Shown: piece by piece, positions 47,348 to 57,069 of the stretch
Layout: each line of letters begins with the position of its first letter
Position numbering within the stretch: the stretch's first letter is position 1
IMG/VR virus record: IMGVR_UViG_3300027976_000006
Span: 92,976-156,975 of that record
DNA length: 64,000 nucleotides
Strand: one strand, 5' to 3'
Source: a virus
Made by a program: the position numbers and the translations under genes
The notes under the pieces: generated by a model
Databases searched by the model: none
What the model was told of the DNA's origin: nothing
The model's input: only the letters and a program-made list of their open reading frames with translations

Positions 47348-47832
47348 TACAATTATCTGGAACGGTAGCACAATACGGCGGGCGCACTGTTGATTTCCTT
47401 GCATTTGACGGGATGAAAGTTAAAGGGGATACCCAGTTAACTCAAGCTCTGGTATTACCAGGGCAAGCCGGAGCACTGATTACCGGCATCGAAAAATTAG
47501 TTCAAAGAGTTCTATTGGAATTACTTACTGAGCGTGGTTCTTTAATCTACGACCCAACTCGTGGTACGCTTTTTTTAACTAAAATTCGTGCGGGGATGGT
47601 CGGCACATCTCAGGCTTTGTTTGCTGCTTTTAATGCGGCAGAATTGGAGTTGCGTAATACTCTAAAAATGGAAGAGGATAAACTGGTTGATCCTGCGGAT
47701 GAGCGTTACAGTCAGATGAATCTTTTATCCGCTTCGTTATTTGGGGATGTTGCCACACTCTCCATACAAGTGCAGAGTATGGCTGCAGAATCTAGTACTG
47801 TTATTTACCCGCTCCGCATTTTAGCTAACTGA
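47344..47832 (+). CDS. Putative baseplate wedge protein (gp25-like)
   Basis: ITGIEKLVQRVLLELLTERGSLIYDPTRGT matches the gp25/gpW pattern; precedes the J-like gene. Confidence 0.65.
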   Translation: MIQLSGTVAQYGGRTVDFLAFDGMKVKGDTQLTQALVLPGQAGALITGIEKLVQRVLLELLTERGSLIYDPTRGTLFLTKIRAGMVGTSQALFAAFNAAELELRNTLKMEEDKLVDPADERYSQMNLLSASLFGDVATLSIQVQSMAAESSTVIYPLRILAN

Positions 47833-47842
47833 GGATGACAAG

Positions 47843-49504
47843 ATGACATTAAATTTTTCTAATGCAGATTTATTTAGTTTAACGGCGTTAAACGCAGCAG
47901 ATGTACAGCAGCTGGTAGACCGAATTGTCACACAACTGCAAGAACTAAACCCCAGTTTAGATTTAAAGCGAGGGGTATTCAAGGACACCGTAGCTTATTA
48001 CCATGCAGTGCTGGAGGCCTCAATCCGTACTAGCTTAAGAAGGTACCAGTCAGCCAGAAGTCTACAGCAAATTCGGAACAACCCGGAGCTGGCCGACACC
48101 GCAGTAGTGGACGATGTTCTTTCCAATTGGGGTATAGCCCGTAAAAGCGGGACTAAGGCTATCGGCTCTATTACTATTGAGTTAAGTCAGGCACGCTCCG
48201 TTAATATTCCAACTGGTTTTTCATTTCAAGCGGCAGGTAAACGTTATTTTGCTACAAAAACATTTGTTGCCAGGTCGGCAGAATCGCAGTTATCCTTGAC
48301 AACTGACCGGCTATTGTCCCATTTAAGTAACGGCAATTACGCATTTACTATTGAAGTAGCAGCTGAAAACGTCGGAGCTGCCTATAAGTTAAACGCAGGC
48401 GACTCTGTTGTTCCAGTTCGTTCTATCGCCGGCTATGTGACTAGTTATGCCACCTCTAGCTTTTTAGACGGGTTAGGAGAAGAAACCAACGAAGAGCTGT
48501 TGCAACAACTTCAGTTAGGTATAGCAGCAAAGACTTTATCTAACCGAACTAATATGCGATCGTTTCTTAGATCTATTCCTGCTTTTGCCTCGGTAACTAA
48601 TCAATCTATTGTCGGGTATGGTGACGCAGAGATGTTGCGGGATCGGCATACAATATTTCCTGTCAGCTACGGTGGCAGGGTAGACTGGTATGTTCGAGGA
48701 CAATTTCCATTACAACGGACACTCTTAACCGTTTCAGCAATATGCGTGGAGGTTGCTTCAACTACAAGTACTTGGCAATTTTCATTGGCTAAAAACAGTA
48801 TTCCAGGGTTTTACGAAGTCAACAAAATCAGAACGGCGGCAGACGCAGGTTTAAATTCTGGATTTGAACCAAGCAGCGATACGAGGTCTACCGATCTAAC
48901 GGGAGATGGGTTTTTACCTGACATTGCCACCGTGGCGGAAGGTGCTTATTCTGCATTTCAAACTTCGGTTATTCGTTTTGCAGACACATTTACTTCTACG
49001 GCTACTCTATCGGTGGGGCAAATTTCACAATACCTTTGCGAAGTCACTGGAACACCGTTTATCCGAGAGATACAAGAGCTAGTCGCAAGCCGGGATGTGC
49101 GAAGCTATGCCGCGGATGTGTTAGTCAAAGCCCCTGTTCCTTGCTTCGTAGATGTCACATTAACCGTCAATAAAACGGCAAGTGATGTTGTACCTCCAAT
49201 CGATGCAATTAAGGCTGCTATTGTAGCTGTAGTCAACAGTACGGATTTTATCGGGAGGCTGGACGGTTCTATTATTATCAAGGAAGTACATAAGCTTTTG
49301 CAGAATAGTTTAAGTGTGACAAATTTAGATTTGTTTGGGCGGATACGCAATCCAGATGGAACAATCCAGTACCTCAGAAATTCAGATTCTTTGATAGTGC
49401 CAAACCAGCCGGATAAAATGGTTACGGCTAAAACCGTACAATTTTTTACCGAAATTTCCAAGATAACAGTTAATGTTGCTTCTACCCTCTATACTGCAAA
49501 TTAA
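47843..49504 (+). CDS. Baseplate J-like wedge protein
   Basis: WGIARKSGTKAIGSI, IPTGFSF, VAAENVGAAY, GLGEETNEEL, GGRVDWYV. Confidence 0.8.
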   Translation: MTLNFSNADLFSLTALNAADVQQLVDRIVTQLQELNPSLDLKRGVFKDTVAYYHAVLEASIRTSLRRYQSARSLQQIRNNPELADTAVVDDVLSNWGIARKSGTKAIGSITIELSQARSVNIPTGFSFQAAGKRYFATKTFVARSAESQLSLTTDRLLSHLSNGNYAFTIEVAAENVGAAYKLNAGDSVVPVRSIAGYVTSYATSSFLDGLGEETNEELLQQLQLGIAAKTLSNRTNMRSFLRSIPAFASVTNQSIVGYGDAEMLRDRHTIFPVSYGGRVDWYVRGQFPLQRTLLTVSAICVEVASTTSTWQFSLAKNSIPGFYEVNKIRTAADAGLNSGFEPSSDTRSTDLTGDGFLPDIATVAEGAYSAFQTSVIRFADTFTSTATLSVGQISQYLCEVTGTPFIREIQELVASRDVRSYAADVLVKAPVPCFVDVTLTVNKTASDVVPPIDAIKAAIVAVVNSTDFIGRLDGSIIIKEVHKLLQNSLSVTNLDLFGRIRNPDGTIQYLRNSDSLIVPNQPDKMVTAKTVQFFTEISKITVNVASTLYTAN

Positions 49505-49518
49505 ATAGGAGTCGAGCT

Positions 49519-50421
49519 ATGTCGCGAGAACACAAAGGCCGAATTGAAGCTATACGCTTGTTTAAGAAAAACGGAAATAATCAAAATTCACCACAAAAAA
49601 TGAGTTTTGCGTTGGATTACTTAACCTTTTTTGGGTATGTCGCTGTTGAGCTTTTGCATAACATCGATTACTCCAAGCTTGAAGAAGCGGTAAAATCATT
49701 TCAAAGTTTGTTTAATCTGAAAGTAGATGGTGTTATTGGGCCTAAAACATTAAGAGCCATGGAAACGCCGCGTTGTGGCTGCCCGGACAAAATTGACCCT
49801 AAAAACAAACACCATATTCAATTTATGCAGGCACAGGCTGTTGCTGCCAAACAGCGTAGCCGCTGGAATAAGCAGGGGCTTACTTACGCAGTACAGCAAT
49901 ATGTCGTAGGTTTACCTAAACTAGCCCAAGATAAAATATTTTCTACCGCCTTTCGTGCATGGGATGATGTCTGTGGTTTAAACATTACGCGCGTTAAAGG
50001 CACAAAAAAAGCAGATATTGTGCTTGCCACCGGGAAAGGAATACAGCATAATTTTGATGGTAGCGGTGGTACTCTGGCTTGGGCTTACATGCCCAAGGGG
50101 AATGACCAGCAGCTGTCGATGGAATTTGATTTAGATGAAACTTGGATTTCTCAACCCACGGATCGTGGAATTATGCTGCTTAATGTTGCTTGCCACGAAT
50201 TTGGTCATCTTCTTGGTTTAGACCATTCAAAAAATGCCGGCGCGCTGATGGCTCCTTACTACAATCCATTCATAAGCGGACCTCAAGAAAATGACGACAT
50301 TAAACGCATTCAAACACTCTACGGATTAAATCAAAATGTAAAAGCGGTTAAAAAAGAAACAAAAAGCATATTAGTCGTAGAGTTAAAAAAGGGTCAAAAA
50401 CTGGTTGTTACCCGTACTTAA
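49519..50421 (+). CDS. Matrixin (M10A, MMP-like) zinc metalloprotease with a prodomain
   Basis: Prodomain YLTFFGY...AVKSFQSLFNLKVDG, cysteine switch PRCGCPD, FDGSGGTLAWAY, HEFGHLLGLDH, Met-turn ALMAP, DDIKRIQTLYG. Confidence 0.93.
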   Translation: MSREHKGRIEAIRLFKKNGNNQNSPQKMSFALDYLTFFGYVAVELLHNIDYSKLEEAVKSFQSLFNLKVDGVIGPKTLRAMETPRCGCPDKIDPKNKHHIQFMQAQAVAAKQRSRWNKQGLTYAVQQYVVGLPKLAQDKIFSTAFRAWDDVCGLNITRVKGTKKADIVLATGKGIQHNFDGSGGTLAWAYMPKGNDQQLSMEFDLDETWISQPTDRGIMLLNVACHEFGHLLGLDHSKNAGALMAPYYNPFISGPQENDDIKRIQTLYGLNQNVKAVKKETKSILVVELKKGQKLVVTRT

Positions 50422-50433
50422 AGGAGTAATGTT

Positions 50434-50814
50434 ATGGTAATAGATTTGGCGGCGACAGTTACTTGGATCAAGCCTGTACTAATTATTCTGCTAATGACAA
50501 TTGGAATAGTTTTTTTTGCCGTTCCTTGGCTGAAGGAAATGATAGGCAAGCTTCCTTCTAAGCCAGCGGAAACACCACAACCTTCCCCCAGCGCTAAGCC
50601 TAAACAACGAAGCAGCGACGCCACGCCACCGGCTGGAACTGCAGAATATCTGCATATTGTCGAGACAACTGCCCCTAATGCCGACCCTACCGTATGGTGG
50701 GAGTACGCAAAAGCTGAAATGACAGAAGCCGAAGTAGCAATTGCCGAGGCTAGATTAGCTCAGCATGCTCCAGCTACTTCCGCTAATATCAACAAAGAAG
50801 AAATAAAAAACTAA
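50434..50814 (+). CDS. Membrane-anchored hypothetical protein
   Basis: AAGGAG upstream; N-terminal transmembrane segment VLIILLMTIGIVFFAVPWL; Pro-rich linker. Confidence 0.75.
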   Translation: MVIDLAATVTWIKPVLIILLMTIGIVFFAVPWLKEMIGKLPSKPAETPQPSPSAKPKQRSSDATPPAGTAEYLHIVETTAPNADPTVWWEYAKAEMTEAEVAIAEARLAQHAPATSANINKEEIKN

Positions 50815-50830
50815 CCGTAGGAGAATCATT

Positions 50831-51187
50831 ATGTCTTTGCGACACATAGGTCTATTGAGTGGAATTCTTGGTTTGTTATTGTTGGTCTTACCTTTGTCTA
50901 ATGACTCGGTCGCGATCGAACCAGCTACAACTACGGCCTCACCTAAACAAGTATTTGCCACTTACGAGAAGTTATGGAGAGCGCATGCTAAAGCCGCAGC
51001 AGACAAGCTCGCTTCTACTGAAATTAAAACGGAAAAGGAAATTTGGGAATTCATTGCGGCGGGGCAAGAGCCAGCACGAAAGGCAGCTTTTATGGATTTA
51101 GCAAAAAGCGAACAGGACTATTTTGACAAGCAAGGTGGTTGGTCGGCGAAAGCCCATGAAAAACTATTAAGGAGTTATGCAAAATGA
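50831..51187 (+). CDS. Hypothetical protein with a signal/anchor sequence
   Basis: AGGAG upstream; N-terminal IGLLSGILGLLLLVLPL. Confidence 0.75.
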   Translation: MSLRHIGLLSGILGLLLLVLPLSNDSVAIEPATTTASPKQVFATYEKLWRAHAKAAADKLASTEIKTEKEIWEFIAAGQEPARKAAFMDLAKSEQDYFDKQGGWSAKAHEKLLRSYAK

Positions 51188-52008
51188 GTGAAACACAAAT
51201 GTCTGGCAACTGGAAAAAAGAAAAAGAAGACTACAGCTTTATTCGTAATCTTTCTAAAGCTCCTATGACTACAACCGCATGGAAAGAATTCGTTAGGCCC
51301 GTTGAAGTTGACATCAAGTGGCATCGCACCGAAGATCAAGGGCAGATTGGAAGTTGCCAAGGGCATTCACTTACTTCGGCGCTAGAACGCTTAGCTTTTG
51401 TACGTGGTGAGTCTGTGCAATTGTCTGAAATTTTTGCTTATCTTGCTTCTCAAAAACTAGATAATCTTCTAGGTGCGGATAAGGGTTCTACTATTTCCGG
51501 AGGTTGTCAAGTTGGACTTGAGTATGGTTGTCCTCCTGAGGCGCTTACAGGTTACCCTAAAAGCTATCCCGGCAGGGCGGACCGTGCCGCGATACTAAGT
51601 ACAGCCAACTACGAAGCTGCCCTGCCTTATAGAGCATTATCCCTGTGGGAAGTGCCCGATGATCACGAAAAAGTTCTAGATTTTATTGGCGGGGGCGGTG
51701 CAATAAATTTTGGTATCGATTATTATGATGGCTTAATCCCTGCGGATAGAGTTGTACGCACTTACAGCCCACCACGCCACCCCGACGGGGGGCATGCCAT
51801 GTGTGCCCTAGGCTACGATAAAGACGGAAATCTGCGTGCCGCCAACTCTTGGGCAGATGGCGGTTATTTGATTACTCCCGGAGCTTGGAAGCAGATAGTA
51901 GAGCACCGAGATACGGCAGCAATTGGGTTAATGGGCAACAAGGAAGCCACCCCAGTTGATTGGTATCATAATTCACCTTACTACAAATTGAGGCTAAAAC
52001 CAGAATGA
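51184..52008 (+). CDS. Papain-like (C1-family) cysteine protease
   Basis: DQGQIGSC (oxyanion Gln and catalytic Cys), GGHAMCALGY (His), ANSW (Asn). Confidence 0.88.
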   Translation: MSETQMSGNWKKEKEDYSFIRNLSKAPMTTTAWKEFVRPVEVDIKWHRTEDQGQIGSCQGHSLTSALERLAFVRGESVQLSEIFAYLASQKLDNLLGADKGSTISGGCQVGLEYGCPPEALTGYPKSYPGRADRAAILSTANYEAALPYRALSLWEVPDDHEKVLDFIGGGGAINFGIDYYDGLIPADRVVRTYSPPRHPDGGHAMCALGYDKDGNLRAANSWADGGYLITPGAWKQIVEHRDTAAIGLMGNKEATPVDWYHNSPYYKLRLKPE

Positions 52009-52394
52009 AAAATACATTAACAATCGTGCTTAACACATTTGTGTTTGGACTGGTGTGTCTTATGGTCTTTATAGCTTTACGCCCGACAGATTCAGCTAGC
52101 ATAGCTGCCTCGCCTGAATTGGCAGAAAGCGTGTTAGCTAATTTTAACCGGCATGTAAGTGAAGTACTTGCCGGCAACCAAAAAGTCCAGTTAGACACGC
52201 TGATTGAACAAAAGAAAATACTACAAAAGATTGACGCAAATGTAGATAAACTGATCGGCAATACTACTTCCGACCCTGCTGTTACCGAAGAAAAAAGGAA
52301 TGTACAAATTGAAGTAATGCCGCCTACTACCTACCGTGGGATATTTCGTCGAGGTGCCTCAATTCGGACACCAGCAGCCGGAACGGGCAAGTGA
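52005..52394 (+). CDS. Membrane-anchored coiled-coil protein
   Basis: N-terminal transmembrane segment (IVLNTFVFGLVCLMVFIAL), then a heptad-like segment. Confidence 0.7.
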   Translation: MKNTLTIVLNTFVFGLVCLMVFIALRPTDSASIAASPELAESVLANFNRHVSEVLAGNQKVQLDTLIEQKKILQKIDANVDKLIGNTTSDPAVTEEKRNVQIEVMPPTTYRGIFRRGASIRTPAAGTGK

Positions 52395-52436
52395 AGCTAA
52401 ACTCTAAAGAACCAGTTAGGTTCTACTGGAATAAAC

Positions 52437-52718
52437 ATGAATTACCCAATCAAAATTTCACCATTTGCCTATGACTTGCTGTGTGGCTTACTGCAGCGAG
52501 GCGTGGTAGAACACGAAGGTAAGCGGTTAGATTTTTCGGAAGTCCAGAACATTTCAATTCAACACGGGGTTATGACTTTTCAGCCACCGGCTAAAGTAAG
52601 CGTCGCAGTGGGCCCTATAAAAATAAAGACTACCATGTCCTCTCTTACAGTTTGTGCCGACGGAGTTGAAGTTGAAATTGATTATTCGCCTATTAACATC
52701 AAGGTAATACCCCAATGA
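52437..52718 (+). CDS. Small hypothetical protein
   Basis: 93 aa; ATGA-coupled to the next gene. Confidence 0.65.
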   Translation: MNYPIKISPFAYDLLCGLLQRGVVEHEGKRLDFSEVQNISIQHGVMTFQPPAKVSVAVGPIKIKTTMSSLTVCADGVEVEIDYSPINIKVIPQ

Positions 52719-53047
52719 ACTGGATAGCATTAACAGAAGAATGCTGCGGTACACAAGGTTGTTCGTTATCCGCAATTCCCAAAACAACCCTAACTACTAC
52801 TTCCAGACGAGTTGCACAGGGGGTGCTAAAAAAACGAGAGAATATTAGCAGGGTGGCACTTGCGGTACAAAAGGCATACGAAGCTAACCCCGCCGGAACC
52901 AGAGAACAAACGCAAGAGCAAGCTACTAAATTTATTGTAAGTAGTTTTATTTTTTTCTTTATCGGAAGTCTGCTGTTAAACAAAGTAATGAGTATCGCAT
53001 TAACGTGGTTTTTAGATTATTTATTTAGACCAGAAAAGAATGAGTAA
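52715..53047 (+). CDS. Small membrane protein
   Basis: C-terminal hydrophobic FIVSSFIFFFIGSLLL...IALTWFL; coupled overlaps on both sides. Confidence 0.65.
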   Translation: MNWIALTEECCGTQGCSLSAIPKTTLTTTSRRVAQGVLKKRENISRVALAVQKAYEANPAGTREQTQEQATKFIVSSFIFFFIGSLLLNKVMSIALTWFLDYLFRPEKNE

Positions 53048-54603
53048 TGACTTACCGCTACCCGCAGAATGATTTTGATGACACAGATTTACTTTTAAAT
53101 CTTCTAGGAAGTTTCTGGGCAACAACCTATCAAGGAAATGAATTAATTTCAAACTTATCTGGCGTAGCCGGGCAAATGGCACAACAGACGTATATGCAGC
53201 TGATGGAACTCGTAAACAGTATTTCTAGATTTAATGTTCCATTGTTCCACCAAAACAACTGGTATGCCTTGAATTTGCGCGAAACGCAGCTAAACCTAGA
53301 TTTAAACTTATTACCTAAATATGCCACGCAGACCAATCAGACTTACACCTCGGATAATCCCTTAGGCTATGGACAAGCAATACATTCAGCTTATTTTGTA
53401 TACACCAAGCCGCAAGGTTTAACCGACGTAAAGCTTATGTTTAACCGGTTGACTTCCCCTACCGTGGCGTTGGTGCAGGGGGTAGACTACTGGCTAGAAG
53501 ACACGATTATTGTTTTTCGAGCTGACCCCTTTAAGAACGATTTAATCGCAAAACGAGATTTACTAAACGATAAAGGCGAACTCGCAGATAAAGAAATAGT
53601 ATTGTGGCTGTATCAAGGAAAATGGGAATGGTACACAACTTATAAACAATTTGGATATGCGCTTGGGTTGCAGTTGAAATCAAGCGAAGGATATAAGCAG
53701 TTTATTAACGCGATATTTGACGCTTTTGTAAGTGGCACAAGTATTCGCACACAAAAGCTGGCCCTAGCTGCAGCTTTCGGTGTGCCTTTAGTTATAGAAG
53801 CAAAAGAAACTGTTGAAAAAATAATTAAAGACGCAGATAAACTTAACATCATTACAGATCAACATGCCTATCGGTTTCCACTAACTGCAACACCCCTCGT
53901 ACAGGAACAACAACAAGTAACCGCCGGAGATGGGCTTACCGATCTTCTGCAAGTATTTGAGTTTACTCAGGGTAAACAAATTAACCCACAAGACATACCT
54001 GCTCTTTCCGTAGGCGTTGGGCTAATACCTTACGGGTTTCAAGGTGAATTAATTTTTGAAAATATTGAAACTCCTTTACTTGTCGAGCTTGAAGTTGCCG
54101 GGTTTACTAAGGTATCTTGGAAAATTGGTGGCTACCCTTTTGACGCAGACAAATTTTGGGAGGATGTGCATACGGCAGGGATAGCCAAAAATCAAACAAT
54201 TGCAATGCTTCTGGATCTACGGGGCACACGTATAGGTCAGCCGACTGCTGCAATGCTCCCTAGTAAGATAAATCCATTACAATTTCTTACCGATAATATT
54301 TTACGCAATAACGCTTATGTCGTGAAGGTTAAAGCTGGGGTTTCTCGGGCAGCCCGCCTCCCTTTTGTACCCACCGAACAATTGCGTAAAATTCAACCAC
54401 CGCACACTTTGATGTTATTAAATGTGGAATTGGTCTACGCTGATAATTATGTTAGTATGGAATCCGCAGGTACTGAAACGGACGTAGGCTGTGCAGAAAA
54501 TTTATCTTTTTTTCCGTGCACAGTAAACACAGAAGCCATGGCGGCATCGGCATACATGACTGAACAGGTAAATATTACTACGATTGGCGGTCGTTGTATT
54601 TAA
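53047..54603 (+). CDS. Putative baseplate wedge protein
   Basis: LGSFW, FGYALGL and YKQFINAIF...GTS patterns; position after the J-like gene. Confidence 0.5.
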   Translation: MTYRYPQNDFDDTDLLLNLLGSFWATTYQGNELISNLSGVAGQMAQQTYMQLMELVNSISRFNVPLFHQNNWYALNLRETQLNLDLNLLPKYATQTNQTYTSDNPLGYGQAIHSAYFVYTKPQGLTDVKLMFNRLTSPTVALVQGVDYWLEDTIIVFRADPFKNDLIAKRDLLNDKGELADKEIVLWLYQGKWEWYTTYKQFGYALGLQLKSSEGYKQFINAIFDAFVSGTSIRTQKLALAAAFGVPLVIEAKETVEKIIKDADKLNIITDQHAYRFPLTATPLVQEQQQVTAGDGLTDLLQVFEFTQGKQINPQDIPALSVGVGLIPYGFQGELIFENIETPLLVELEVAGFTKVSWKIGGYPFDADKFWEDVHTAGIAKNQTIAMLLDLRGTRIGQPTAAMLPSKINPLQFLTDNILRNNAYVVKVKAGVSRAARLPFVPTEQLRKIQPPHTLMLLNVELVYADNYVSMESAGTETDVGCAENLSFFPCTVNTEAMAASAYMTEQVNITTIGGRCI

Positions 54604-54621
54604 AATACAGTAAGGATTTAT

Positions 54622-55206
54622 ATGCAAAATTGTTTAAATGGCAGCGAAAACATTATCGGAAAAGTACGAGTTTACAGCGTGACAGACAACAGCTGGACTG
54701 CGGTTACAGAGTACAACCATAACCTTGTACTGTACCAGTGGGCAGAAATTGCCTCAAAATTATTAACGACAGGCGACAGCCGGTTTCGTATTGGCGGGTT
54801 GTACTTAGAGTTTGCGAATACAGTTAGCCCTGGCGACGCGGTGGCAATGCCTTCGCTGGATCGCTCCCGAAATGTAGAGTATTACAACGCTCTATCCGGA
54901 AGTGCCACTAAAGACTATTTACGCGTGCCTTTAACGGCTAGCCCTATATCTTCGCAAGGAACAGGATTAAGCAATAATCAAATAACTTTTTTTGCACGAA
55001 GTGGTGGGATAGCTGGAGTACACGGTAAGCCTTTCTCTTATGCTTCTAACTCTGTTATTATCGGCGCTTCCCTTGTGGCATTCGTCGATGCAACGGACGC
55101 CACTCGTGATTTGTTATTCAGCAGCTTCTATTTTGCAGAAGAAGATCAGCAACAAAAAACTGCGACTAGCCAAGTTGGTATTGAATGGGTGCTGACCCTA
55201 CAATAA
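54622..55206 (+). CDS. Putative baseplate/tail structural protein
   Basis: GKVRVY...HNLV and KTATSQVGIEWVLT patterns typical of baseplate-associated proteins. Confidence 0.5.
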   Translation: MQNCLNGSENIIGKVRVYSVTDNSWTAVTEYNHNLVLYQWAEIASKLLTTGDSRFRIGGLYLEFANTVSPGDAVAMPSLDRSRNVEYYNALSGSATKDYLRVPLTASPISSQGTGLSNNQITFFARSGGIAGVHGKPFSYASNSVIIGASLVAFVDATDATRDLLFSSFYFAEEDQQQKTATSQVGIEWVLTLQ

Positions 55207-55221
55207 CCACGGCTCGCTTAA

Positions 55222-57057
55222 ATGGAGAACGAAGGGATGAGCCTAGAACGTTTTATCAAATTTATTAGCGAAGGTGAGCCAGTCTCCCCCGGTACAGCTA
55301 ATCGCCCGCTGCAGCAACTAGACCAAAATATTCAGTATCTGTGGGATGTTATTCAAGCTGCTGCTTTAGGTTCTACGGTTTATGCACGGGCACAAACAAT
55401 CGAAACTACTTTAAAAGTGGGGCAACCTGTTTATTTTAATCCAACTTCCAGCCGATTTGAGGCAGCCTTTGCCTCCACGGAATCGGATACTGTTACAGGT
55501 TATCTGACCGTTTCAGACCAAGCACAAGTCTGGGGTATCGTAGCTGAAAAACACAATGCGACGCTGGCTGATATTTTGTTGTTCGGGTATGCCCAGCTAG
55601 ATATTCGAGAAGCACTTGATACAGTAGTAGCCACCGGAGAAAATGTCCCAGCCGCGACTTGGTATCTGTCTGGGATGAGTGTCGGTACTCTCACGAGACA
55701 ACTGCCTCCTGTTACCATCCCTGTGTGTAAAACTAACAACAGTGGTGGCGTTTACGTGAATCCAAGTTTTGTGGATTTTTTAGAAAATCACAGGCATTAT
55801 GCTTTTTCGCTGACAATGCTTCCTGCGGGGGAGGTAACCCCGCCTGCTGTAAATGCTTCCCATGTAATTACAAATCCGGATTTTAACTTATCTGGTTGGT
55901 TACCAGCCGACAACTCCGTTTTTGAAGGAAAAGCACCGGCTGGGGCTAAGTTCGGCTACAACTTATCTAAAGATTTACCCCTTAAAAATTTATACCCTCC
56001 TGTACCTTTACAATCTGCTTGCATTCAGATGCAGCGTCCTAGCGTCTGGGATACTTCAACAGAACATCGCTGGTATGGGCAGCAGCTAATGGACGATTTA
56101 GCTGTAATCGACAGAAATGGTATTTGGTGGATGAGCGACTGTTACGATGAAGTTCCCTGGCCCACTGATCTCGCCACTGATAGTTCGGTCAGCACTAGTT
56201 ATGGTGCGTGTGCCCCGCTTGGTCGAGAATATGTTTTAAAGCTGTACTACACTCGGGTTGGTTTTGCTACCGACATATCCACAGTAACTAGTCTTAAATC
56301 GCTAGATTCTCGCCTAATTATCAACTGTGCCGGCAAAGATGTTCCTGGAACTACAGGAGATTTAGACATTGATCTAAATCTGGCTTTTATGGTTGGAAGC
56401 CAGAACTTGACCGGCTATCGTGTTTTTAAAGCATTTGATCCAGTAACTAACACTTTTAATGCTGGACCCGTAGCCGAAGGTGTTTACGCAAATTCTGCTA
56501 ATGTGTTATTGTCTAGCCCGCACACTACTGTTGATGCGCTGAACCGTACCATTTATCACGGACCAATTGGTCTTGGAGTAATAAGCCAGCCAACGCAGGA
56601 ATTAGCTAGCCAACTTGTTCGATTAGATGGGGTAACTGAAGAAAGTTATCCTGTGCTATATCTTGGAATGCCGAATGATATAACTACAAGCTATATTGTA
56701 AAATTTGAAGTCCCTTCCGATGCGCCTACAAATTCTAATTTTAAACTGAGGTTAAGGTTGCTTGGTAAGGTAGCAAGTACATTACCGCAGCTAACCGTTT
56801 CTTACTATACCTCTGTACGGCCTTCGGCAGGTTTGACAACTCCCGTAACTGTAACTCAGAGTTACACTGCTTTGACAATTAATACAGTAGCGGTAGTTGG
56901 AGCTAATCAAGCGGTAGAAGCGGAAAGCTCCGCAATTAGTCTAGCTGCTGGTACTATTATTTACATTAAAGTGCAGCGTACTCCTAGCGATGTTGCGGAT
57001 AATTACGCAGGTGAAGTGGGAATTATGCAACAAACAGGGATATTGACAGCAATATAA
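55222..57057 (+). CDS. Putative tail fibre/baseplate attachment protein
   Basis: N-terminal EGEPVSPGTANRPLQQLDQNIQYL resembles fibre-anchoring segments; the remainder is beta-rich. Confidence 0.55.
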   Translation: MENEGMSLERFIKFISEGEPVSPGTANRPLQQLDQNIQYLWDVIQAAALGSTVYARAQTIETTLKVGQPVYFNPTSSRFEAAFASTESDTVTGYLTVSDQAQVWGIVAEKHNATLADILLFGYAQLDIREALDTVVATGENVPAATWYLSGMSVGTLTRQLPPVTIPVCKTNNSGGVYVNPSFVDFLENHRHYAFSLTMLPAGEVTPPAVNASHVITNPDFNLSGWLPADNSVFEGKAPAGAKFGYNLSKDLPLKNLYPPVPLQSACIQMQRPSVWDTSTEHRWYGQQLMDDLAVIDRNGIWWMSDCYDEVPWPTDLATDSSVSTSYGACAPLGREYVLKLYYTRVGFATDISTVTSLKSLDSRLIINCAGKDVPGTTGDLDIDLNLAFMVGSQNLTGYRVFKAFDPVTNTFNAGPVAEGVYANSANVLLSSPHTTVDALNRTIYHGPIGLGVISQPTQELASQLVRLDGVTEESYPVLYLGMPNDITTSYIVKFEVPSDAPTNSNFKLRLRLLGKVASTLPQLTVSYYTSVRPSAGLTTPVTVTQSYTALTINTVAVVGANQAVEAESSAISLAAGTIIYIKVQRTPSDVADNYAGEVGIMQQTGILTAI

Positions 57058-57069
57058 TGGAGGGCAAGG

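Noticed and set aside
29448-57057. Type VI secretion system or tailocin/eCIS locus
   Set aside because: Linked capsid, protease, neck and tape measure genes indicate a complete phage.
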